From Syntrophales bacterium (GTDB lineage: Bacteria > Desulfobacterota > Syntrophia > Syntrophales > UBA2210), in NCBI GenBank assembly GCA_963666365.2, contig CAXXNF010000002.1, forward strand, positions 864,001-928,000: a stretch of 64,000 bases of DNA, given 5' to 3'. The position numbers and the translations under genes were made by a program. Shown here piece after piece: positions 19,809 through 27,462 of the stretch. Below the pieces are notes generated by a model, which saw only the letters and a list, made by a program, of their open reading frames with translations, did no database searches and was not told the origin of the DNA. Positions within the stretch are counted from its first letter, which is position 1, and every line of letters begins with the position of its first letter.

Positions 19809-20196
19809 AGGAAACTCCATGTATCCTCTGCTCAAACACAATGACATGGTCATCGTCGCTCCCCTGTCGGCCGAGCGGCTGAAAACAGGAAACATTGTCG
19901 TATTTAAGAAAGATGCACCCGAATATATTGTTCACCGCCTAGTAAAACGAACAGGAGGCGGCAAGATGCTCTTCCGGGGAGACGGCTATAATCTGCCCTT
20001 GGAATTGATAGGGACAAATGCCGTTGTGGGAAAAGTGACTGGAAGGATCAGGGCGGGGGAATTGATACGTGTCAGCCGCTCCAAGGAATGCGGCTCATGG
20101 GCCATTGCCATGATTAAGGAACGGGTTAAGCGTCTTCTGATGAAGGGCCAACGGGTGGTGCAAGAGGACAGCACATCCGTTTCCGATTATTTGTAA
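19789..20196 (+). CDS. S24/S26 signal-peptidase-like protease, no TM anchor
   Basis: 'GNSMYPLL' catalytic Ser, 'GNIVVF', 'IVHRL' (His-type general base as in SipW/SEC11), 'RGDG'; GAGG SD. Confidence 0.85.
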   Translation: MQLFKIEGNSMYPLLKHNDMVIVAPLSAERLKTGNIVVFKKDAPEYIVHRLVKRTGGGKMLFRGDGYNLPLELIGTNAVVGKVTGRIRAGELIRVSRSKECGSWAIAMIKERVKRLLMKGQRVVQEDSTSVSDYL

Positions 20197-20225
20197 CCTC
20201 GCGCCCGGCGAAATGGAAATGCAAG

Positions 20226-20702
20226 ATGGAAAGACGATCGTTCATCAAGACAATACTTGTGGTTACGGCTCTCCTGCAGGGACTGCCGGCAAGGTTGGTG
20301 TGTTTCGGTGGGAACCGCGCCCTTGCCTCAAACAACCACGACTCGCACGAGACCGATTTTACAGGTTCATATTTTACGGGAACGATTGACCACAGGATCT
20401 TAATACCTGAAGAACTGCGTAGTCCATTAAAAAAAACAGGATTTTATGTTGTCGGCCTGAAAGCCCATGGTGTGCTTCTTGTTTCTGCACAGAGTCCGCT
20501 TATGGAACTCTTCGACGAAATAAAGGATTCCACGCTGTTCCGGGAAGACTTTTTACTGCTCCGAGAGGATAATCTCTTCATAGGCAATGACGGCTATCTG
20601 GTCATTCCTCCGGAAATGCGAAATTTTGCCGGCATCAAAACAGGAAAAGTCTCCATAATCGGACGGCGGAACCTGATCGAAATAATAAATTACGGCGAAT
20701 AG
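20226..20702 (+). CDS. MraZ/AbrB-like protein with twin-arginine-like signal peptide
   Basis: 'MERRSFIK' + hydrophobic stretch + 'ALA-S'; two MraZ-like halves 'FTGSY..TIDHRILIPEELR' and 'DGYLVIPPEMRNFAGI...VSIIGRRNLIEI'. Confidence 0.65.
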   Translation: MERRSFIKTILVVTALLQGLPARLVCFGGNRALASNNHDSHETDFTGSYFTGTIDHRILIPEELRSPLKKTGFYVVGLKAHGVLLVSAQSPLMELFDEIKDSTLFREDFLLLREDNLFIGNDGYLVIPPEMRNFAGIKTGKVSIIGRRNLIEIINYGE

Positions 20703-20823
20703 AAAAGAATTCGAGCATGCAAATGCCGGATCACAACCCGTCAATCCGTTGAAATACCTCCGTTCATCGGCAATAATCGGCGGGCTCTGTTCAACGGACC
20801 CATGATGATGAGACATTGCGTCA

Positions 20824-21996
20824 ATGAAGATGAGACATGAAAAGGAACGGGATGTAGTGCGCACCCTCGCACGACAGTCATTGAGCCAAGACGACGCACT
20901 CAGACTTAAAGAATCCCTGGACGATGCAATTCAATGGCCCTTCATCCTGCGTAGCGCAATTGATCAGGGGATTGCTCCGCTTTTGTTTCATCATTTCAAT
21001 AATCTTGCGCTTATGGAGACACTGCCGGCCTATGTACGGCAAGTATTTTCAAGGCTTTACGGCGAAACGATGCTTCTGAACAGGCACATAACGGCGGTGC
21101 TGTCTGAGTTGGAGAAGGCATGTGAAGGAAGCGAGATTCGGGTAATCGTTTTTAAAGGTGCGGCGCTGCTTTCCACCGTGTACCGAGATATCGCCCTGCG
21201 GCCCATGGAAGACATCGATCTCATGGTCCGACCGAAACAAAAGGATACCGTACAAGCAATCCTTAGTAAACGGGGGTTTGTTCGCGACCCGCTCTATCCT
21301 ATGACCTTCAGACGAGGCGTTATTACTGTGGATGTGCACGATGATTTCCTCTCCACCCACAGGATCCGGAGCCGCCGAAAAATAATGAATGTGCACATGG
21401 ACGATGTCTGGGCGAGATCGATTCCCCTCAATGAAAACCTGCGCCACATTTTCCGTCTTTCTCAGTACGATAACCTTTTAGCCCTTTCATTCCATATTTT
21501 GAAACATCGATTTTCCCGACTGATCTGGTTCGCGGATATCAGGGAATCAGTCAATGCCGGCGATACAATTTTCGGCTGGACCGGATTCCTCGATTACGTC
21601 GATGACGTGGGGGCGCACAAGATCGTGCTTTACGCGTTACTGCTGGCGAAACATCTTGTGACGATGGATGTGCCGGATTATGTGCTGCAGCGCCTTGGAA
21701 AGGATGCTCTCTCGACCCTTGAACACACCATCCTGCGACTTAGATTGGCAGACGCCGATCCGAGGACTGTAATAGATTTGTTATGGATATTTCAAATACC
21801 GGGGGGGGTGAGACGGTTGCAATTTATTTTTGAAAACATATTTCCCAGACAAGAAGTCATGAACCAGATATTCCCTGGCTCATCTCTTCCGGTACACACG
21901 TTTTTGAGGCGGGCAATCATCACCGGATCACGGGTATTCATTGATGGGGCTTCAGCATTCAAATTTGTTGCGAAGGGCGGGCTTCCTCCCCTGTGA
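20824..21996 (+). CDS. Nucleotidyltransferase family protein (NTP_transf_5-like)
   Basis: 'FKGAALLSTVY....LRPMEDIDLMV', 'VDVH', 'RLIWFADI'. Confidence 0.85.
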   Translation: MKMRHEKERDVVRTLARQSLSQDDALRLKESLDDAIQWPFILRSAIDQGIAPLLFHHFNNLALMETLPAYVRQVFSRLYGETMLLNRHITAVLSELEKACEGSEIRVIVFKGAALLSTVYRDIALRPMEDIDLMVRPKQKDTVQAILSKRGFVRDPLYPMTFRRGVITVDVHDDFLSTHRIRSRRKIMNVHMDDVWARSIPLNENLRHIFRLSQYDNLLALSFHILKHRFSRLIWFADIRESVNAGDTIFGWTGFLDYVDDVGAHKIVLYALLLAKHLVTMDVPDYVLQRLGKDALSTLEHTILRLRLADADPRTVIDLLWIFQIPGGVRRLQFIFENIFPRQEVMNQIFPGSSLPVHTFLRRAIITGSRVFIDGASAFKFVAKGGLPPL

Positions 21997-22079
21997 CGAC
22001 CGGGAATATGCATCCTTTCCGCACACTGACGGCACTCATTGTTTTTTAACGCCGCTGCTCTACAAAAGGAGATTTTCAC

Positions 22080-23003
22080 ATGAACGAAACCTGCCGACTT
22101 GTTACGCGAAGCGATTTTGACGGGCTTGTGTGCGCCGTCCTTTTGAATGAACTGCACCTTATCGACGACATTGTCTTTGCCGAACCGGGCGATTTGCAGC
22201 AGGGACTCATACCGCTGACCGATCGAGACATTACCTGCGATCTTCCCTTCATGCCCGAAGTTCACCTCGCCTTCGACCATCACGCAAGCGAACTCACACG
22301 GGTCGGACAATGTATCGACAATCACGTCATAATTGCTCAGGCGCCATCCACCGCCCGCGTCGTCTACGATTACTACGGCGGGGCAAAGGCATTCCCTCAC
22401 ATATCCGAATACTTGATGAAGGCTGTCGATAGAATAGATTCGGCCCGTTTAAGCCGCGAAGAGATTCTTCATCCCGCAGGCTATATATTGTTGGGATTCT
22501 TAAGCGATCCACGCACCGGTCTTGATTTATTTGAAGGTTTCGCGCTCTCCCATACCGCATTTCTCATGAAACTGATCGATACGATCGGTCGCCGGGAAAT
22601 CCATGAAATTCTCGAAATTCCCATGGTCAAGGAACGGGCTTCGCTTTATTACGAGCATGCAAAGCCTTTTAACCATCTGATAAAACGTTGTGCCTCCGTT
22701 CACGGGAATGTAGTTGTTTTCGACCCTCGCGGTGAAACCGGCCTCTATATAGGCAACCGATTTGTCATCTATGCACTGTATCCCGATTGTAACGTCAGCA
22801 TCACCCTCACCCAGCGGCATGACGGATTTACATCTCTCTCAGTGGGAAAATCGATTCTTGACCGCAGCTCGTCGGCGAAGATAGGCGACATACTTCTTGC
22901 CTTTAACGGGGGCGGCCACGACAATGCGGGATCCTGTCGCGTCGAAAACAACCTCGTCGATACGGTGCTTCGGGAACTCATCTCCATTTTCAAGGCGGCC
23001 TGA
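22080..23003 (+). CDS. DHH/DHHA1 phosphoesterase (NrnA / exopolyphosphatase-like)
   Basis: 'SDFDG', 'FDHH', 'GGGH..AG'; AGGAG SD. Confidence 0.85.
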   Translation: MNETCRLVTRSDFDGLVCAVLLNELHLIDDIVFAEPGDLQQGLIPLTDRDITCDLPFMPEVHLAFDHHASELTRVGQCIDNHVIIAQAPSTARVVYDYYGGAKAFPHISEYLMKAVDRIDSARLSREEILHPAGYILLGFLSDPRTGLDLFEGFALSHTAFLMKLIDTIGRREIHEILEIPMVKERASLYYEHAKPFNHLIKRCASVHGNVVVFDPRGETGLYIGNRFVIYALYPDCNVSITLTQRHDGFTSLSVGKSILDRSSSAKIGDILLAFNGGGHDNAGSCRVENNLVDTVLRELISIFKAA

Positions 23004-23019
23004 AGAACTAAGCCGCACT

Positions 23020-24462
23020 TCATGAAGTCTTTCCCCGCACTCTGCCATAGTACACCAGCGCCCACATGGCGCGGGCGCATTGCTCCGGTGCATCGTAAAT
23101 GGGAATGCCGCCTTCATTGAGTATCCGCTCCATAATGTCGTGTTCCAGCCTGGTAAAACGTAAGCACACAATGGGTTTGCCGTATTTTTTGGGCAATGAG
23201 GCATACACTCCGGCACCTTCGACTGCCACTTTTGCATGGTGCGGCATCTCTTCGGAATGTATGTCTATTTTAAGAGATCGATCCCAGATTTGCGGGCTCA
23301 CGGGCACATTACTGATCACGCCATCGATGTAATCAAGCGAAAGTAGTCGTTCGATAATCCCCGCCTCTTCGAGTGCCGTCCGCGCACTTCCGGCAAAATC
23401 TATAGGATTTCGCGCCGGCGGTGCATGGGCGGGAAGAAGACTCGTTATCGTATGCGAAATTTCAGGATCCAGTTCGGGGAGCTCAAGGCCCAGGGCGGAA
23501 CAGGCATCGGTTCCCACCACTCCCTGACCGCCGCTTCCCAGAATTGCGACCCTGTTGCCCGACGGAAGGGGAAGCGTCGCCAAGGCTTCGGCTACTTCAA
23601 ACAGATGAAAGGCCTCTTGTACTCTTATAATCCCCGCCTGCCGGCACATGCTGTCGAAAATCGCTTCGGAACCGGCAATCGATGCCGTATGTGACATGGT
23701 GGCACGGGCGCCCGCTTTCGATCGTCCTGCCTTGTAGAGTACAATCGGCTTTATTTTCACCGCCTCCTTTGCCACCTCAAAAAACCGGCGACCGTCCTTC
23801 AACCCCTCAAGATACAGAATGATCACCTTTGTTTCATCATCGCCAGCCAGGTATTCGATGTAGTCCGCCGCTTCAAGATCTGCCTGATTGCCGATACTGA
23901 TAAATTTGCTGAGTCCGTAACCCTTTTGATTGGCCACATTGGCCAAAGCGACACCAAAGGTACCGCTTTGAGACACAAAGGCCATGGGTCCCGATTTAGG
24001 CGCCTGTGGAAAACACAAGCTCAGGTGACCGGCGGCACTCCATATCCCCATGCAGTTGGGGCCCACCAGCCGTATGCCGCTTTCTCGCGCGACATCGATC
24101 ATCTCTTTTTCAAGTTTTCTCCCCTCTTCACCCACTTCGGCAAATCCAGCCGTGATAACCACCGCCCCTTTTATCCCCTTTTGCGCGCATTCACGCAAAA
24201 GACCGGGCACTAACGCCGTGGGTGTGGTCATAACGGCGAGATCGATATTCCCCGGCACATCGGTGACACTGGGATAGGCTTTGAGTCCCAATATTTCCCG
24301 CTTGTGCCTGTTGATCGGATAAATGACGCCCTTGAAGCCCGTGTGAAGGGGCCGTTCCACCATGAGATATCCCCATTTTCTGAAGGTGTCCGAAGCGCCG
24401 ACTACCGCGATGGATCTGGGTTCGAATATATAGTCAAGTTCCTTCATTTCGTCCGCCTGCAC
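23020..24462 (-). CDS. NDP-forming acyl-CoA synthetase, alpha subunit (CoA-binding)
   Basis: 'FEPRSIAVVGAS', 'GPNCMG', 'VSQSG', 'SIGNQAD', phospho-His 'SHTAS', 'NPIDF'. Confidence 0.88.
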   Translation of the reverse strand: MQADEMKELDYIFEPRSIAVVGASDTFRKWGYLMVERPLHTGFKGVIYPINRHKREILGLKAYPSVTDVPGNIDLAVMTTPTALVPGLLRECAQKGIKGAVVITAGFAEVGEEGRKLEKEMIDVARESGIRLVGPNCMGIWSAAGHLSLCFPQAPKSGPMAFVSQSGTFGVALANVANQKGYGLSKFISIGNQADLEAADYIEYLAGDDETKVIILYLEGLKDGRRFFEVAKEAVKIKPIVLYKAGRSKAGARATMSHTASIAGSEAIFDSMCRQAGIIRVQEAFHLFEVAEALATLPLPSGNRVAILGSGGQGVVGTDACSALGLELPELDPEISHTITSLLPAHAPPARNPIDFAGSARTALEEAGIIERLLSLDYIDGVISNVPVSPQIWDRSLKIDIHSEEMPHHAKVAVEGAGVYASLPKKYGKPIVCLRFTRLEHDIMERILNEGGIPIYDAPEQCARAMWALVYYGRVRGKTS

Positions 24463-24504
24463 ACGAAATCCCTCCTCGCGCTTGTTTCATTGTTAACAGT
24501 TCAG

Positions 24505-25449
24505 TTACAATCCTTCTTCCGAAAGGGCCTTAATCAGCTGCAGTTGCTTCTTGGAAAGTTTTTGAGGGACATCGACTGCGAAACGCAGATATGCATCCCC
24601 TCTTCCAGCCCCCTTGAATCGGGGAAAACCGAACCCCTTCATTCGAATTTTTGTGTGTGCCTGCGTACCTGGCGGGACTTTGACGCGTTTGTTCTCACCA
24701 TCGAGTGTGGGGACATCCACCGTGGCGCCCAATACTGCCTGCGAGAAAGTGATGGTCTTCTGGATAAAAAGGTCGTCACCCTCTCTTGTAAAGGCGTGAT
24801 GGGGCAGAATGCGGATATTGATGTAGAGATCTCCCGAGAGACCGCCGTGTGTTCCCGGATGCGCCTTGTTCGGGATTCTCAGTTTCTGGCCCGTGTTGAT
24901 GCCGGGAGGCACTTTGACGAGTATCTTTTCAGAACGAGTCCCTCCGGCTAGAGAAATTTTCTTTTCCGCTCCCGTGAAGGCTTCCTCTATGGTGATGTCC
25001 AGATTATACTCGACATCTTGTCCTTTTTGTGGTTGCGCCTGCTGTTCGTAACGCCTGCCGCTGAAAAGGTCATCAAAAGATTCCCCCCCCGCAGCCCCTC
25101 CGAATGTCGGACGCCTTCTCCCCTGCCCCCCGAACATTCTTCCCGCGCCGCCCCCGGCGAATCCGAATTCTTTAAGAATGTCGTTAAAATTAAAGTTCCT
25201 GAAGATGTCTTCCTGAGAGAATTGCTGGCTGAAGGATTGAGAACCAAATGTATCGTATTGCTTCCGTTTTTCAGGATCACCCAGCACGGCATAGGCTTCG
25301 TTCGCCTTCTTGAACCTGTCTTCAGCACTTCTATTTCCCGGGTTTCTATCAGGATGATACTTGAGAGCCAACTTCCGGTACGCCTTTTTTATGTCGTCGG
25401 CGGACGCACCTTTTTCGACACCGAGAATCTTGTAATAGTCTTCAGCCAT
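24505..25449 (-). CDS. DnaJ-class co-chaperone (CbpA type, no Zn finger)
   Basis: J domain with 'HPD', G/F-rich linker, DnaJ_C. Confidence 0.92.
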   Translation of the reverse strand: MAEDYYKILGVEKGASADDIKKAYRKLALKYHPDRNPGNRSAEDRFKKANEAYAVLGDPEKRKQYDTFGSQSFSQQFSQEDIFRNFNFNDILKEFGFAGGGAGRMFGGQGRRRPTFGGAAGGESFDDLFSGRRYEQQAQPQKGQDVEYNLDITIEEAFTGAEKKISLAGGTRSEKILVKVPPGINTGQKLRIPNKAHPGTHGGLSGDLYINIRILPHHAFTREGDDLFIQKTITFSQAVLGATVDVPTLDGENKRVKVPPGTQAHTKIRMKGFGFPRFKGAGRGDAYLRFAVDVPQKLSKKQLQLIKALSEEGL

Positions 25450-25500
25450 GGCCTATTTATAATAATAGCTTTCTCTTTTTCAAAAAATGCGGGAGTCCTT

Positions 25501-25932
25501 TCATTCTTCCAACCACCAGAAATCATTGTCGGCGATCCTGTCCAAATAGCCGCTCCCCTGAACTGTGTCTACAATCGGAACCCAGGCGGTGTCGTTTCCA
25601 CCACATCGCATAAGGCGATCACAGGTCATAATATATCCCACGCAAAATCCATGCTTTTGAAAGGCCTGCAATGCATAGGCAGAGCAGGTGGGAACCATGG
25701 GACATCTGTCGCCGTCTACGCGGGATATTGCCTGCAGCACAATTCGTGCAGCTTGCAAAATCACACCTTCCGTCCCTTGCCCCTCCTCGGACGCTGAATG
25801 ATGCTCTGTCTGATGCAGGGCAGTCCGATTAAAAGCCCAGGGGGTGAATGAATCCTTTCCCCACAGACATGTCGGGGAAAAAACCGCACCGACACAGGAA
25901 AATAACAGTATCAGCACGCCGATTGTTTTCAT
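25501..25932 (-). CDS. YidD-like (membrane protein insertion efficiency factor) protein
   Basis: 'ISRVDGDRCPMVPTCSAYALQAFQKHG.....DRLMRC' matches the YidD Cys pattern; N-terminal hydrophobic extension. Confidence 0.75.
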   Translation of the reverse strand: MKTIGVLILLFSCVGAVFSPTCLWGKDSFTPWAFNRTALHQTEHHSASEEGQGTEGVILQAARIVLQAISRVDGDRCPMVPTCSAYALQAFQKHGFCVGYIMTCDRLMRCGGNDTAWVPIVDTVQGSGYLDRIADNDFWWLEE

Positions 25933-25947
25933 AGAAATCCTGTCTTC

Positions 25948-26877
25948 TTAAAATTCACACTGCACTACAAGGTACCCGGCATTCGCCTTCTCATCCCTTT
26001 TGAAAGAAATTGCGCTTCGCCTCTTCAATCCCTCTATAAAGCTTTCCTGGGTTCTTACGTTATATTTATGAGCACTGCTTACGGCACTGTAGATATTGCC
26101 CCCATACCACCCAAGCTCGAAAAATGTCACGATTCCTCCTGCTACATCATCGTCATTGTCAAATAACTCAATGGCGCCCCATATGAAAGCCCCGTTAAGA
26201 ATAAAGGCCACCAGCGCATCGCGGTACCGCTCCGTATAGACATGACCTGCACCGGGAATGATGGCTGCCAGTGTTCCCGCCGTGGCGGGAGATTTCTGCG
26301 GCAGTTGATCAATGCGTTCAAGTCCCTCCGAAAAGGTTGCGGCAGAGCGGGAGTACATACTCTCCCGAGGTATGCGAGCAAGCATTTCGCCGGCGGCCGT
26401 CCAGTCTTTGAGGTCGACCAATAGGAGAGCGCTTTCGAAAATAATCTTGTGTTTCAATGCCGACGGCGCCGCTGCCGCTGCGCGTTCATATGACACCAGC
26501 GCCTCCCGGTAACGTTCGAGATTATATTCCGCCTTTCCCTTCAGATACAGTGCCTCCGGAATTTTCGAGCTTTCAGTAAACCTTTGTATAAAAGCATCGA
26601 AGGCCCCGATTGCCTCCTGCCATTGTGCAGCATGCTGGTAGGCAAGTGCAATCTTGTAGACCGCCTCCTCCATATGATCTTTTTCATTGGGATAGAGGTA
26701 AATAAATCGTTTGTATTCCCCTATGGCCCGGTAAAAATCTCCTTCATTAAAGAGGGACTCTGCAAATCCGAATTGTGCGGTCCCGTCGTCTCTCTCGCCG
26801 CAGTATCCCTCCGTCGCCGCACCCACTACGACAACAAGAAGTGGAAGCAACAGGTATATAATGCATCGGATATTCAT
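25948..26877 (-). CDS. TPR protein with C-terminal membrane (TM2-like) segment
   Basis: Signal-like N-terminus, BamD-like TPRs, 'KSPATAGTLAAIIPGAGHVY'. Confidence 0.75.
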   Translation of the reverse strand: MNIRCIIYLLLPLLVVVVGAATEGYCGERDDGTAQFGFAESLFNEGDFYRAIGEYKRFIYLYPNEKDHMEEAVYKIALAYQHAAQWQEAIGAFDAFIQRFTESSKIPEALYLKGKAEYNLERYREALVSYERAAAAAPSALKHKIIFESALLLVDLKDWTAAGEMLARIPRESMYSRSAATFSEGLERIDQLPQKSPATAGTLAAIIPGAGHVYTERYRDALVAFILNGAFIWGAIELFDNDDDVAGGIVTFFELGWYGGNIYSAVSSAHKYNVRTQESFIEGLKRRSAISFKRDEKANAGYLVVQCEF

Positions 26878-26880
26878 AAA

Positions 26881-27462
26881 TCAGGCATTTCTTCCCATGT
26901 GAAAAGCCGCCAGATTTCTTTCCAGCAATTTCTTCGGGAAGGCATCATTCAACACAGCCTCCCACATACCCGAATCGACAGCCATGAATGATGAAAGCAC
27001 CCCCAGCATCACCGTATTGGCCATTCTCCGGTCTCCCGCTTCAGCCGCCATGTCCGTCGCTTTCACTATCTTGACCGTTTTGAATGCCTTCTTCACCACA
27101 CCTTCTATATCATCCGGATATTGTTCATCGCCCAGCGCCACGGAAGGAGGATATACCTTTTCATCATTTATCACTACGACCCCTTCGGGCTTCAGATAGT
27201 CGAGATAACGGAGCGTTTCCATTTTTTCGAATGACAGCAGAATATCCACATCCCCCTTTTTTGAAAGTGGCGAGTACACTTTTTCACCATATCTGATATC
27301 ACTGCTGACGCAACCGCCCCGTTGCGCCATTCCATGGACCTCGCTTTTTTTCACATCGAAACCGGCTTCCATCAATAGGAGCGATAAAATATCACTGGCT
27401 CGTATGATGCCCTGACCGCCGACGCCGACCATAAGAATACTTGTTGTGGTACCATTATTCAT
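26881..27462 (-). CDS. iorB: Indolepyruvate:ferredoxin oxidoreductase beta subunit
   Basis: 'GVGGQG', 'SEVHGMAQRGG'. Confidence 0.92.
   Translation of the reverse strand: MNNGTTTSILMVGVGGQGIIRASDILSLLLMEAGFDVKKSEVHGMAQRGGCVSSDIRYGEKVYSPLSKKGDVDILLSFEKMETLRYLDYLKPEGVVVINDEKVYPPSVALGDEQYPDDIEGVVKKAFKTVKIVKATDMAAEAGDRRMANTVMLGVLSSFMAVDSGMWEAVLNDAFPKKLLERNLAAFHMGRNA

Noticed and set aside
16633..21996. Lasso peptide cluster
   Set aside because: Leader motif, RRE, kinase and nucleotidyltransferase fit, but there is no asparagine-synthetase-like cyclase or transglutaminase-like B2 in the window, and no Asp/Glu at ring position 7-9 after a plausible cleavage site.
22080..23003. DHH phosphoesterase as part of the RiPP-like operon
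   Set aside because: Same strand, but a widespread stand-alone family with its own strong SD after an 83-nt gap; membership is unsupported without synteny data.
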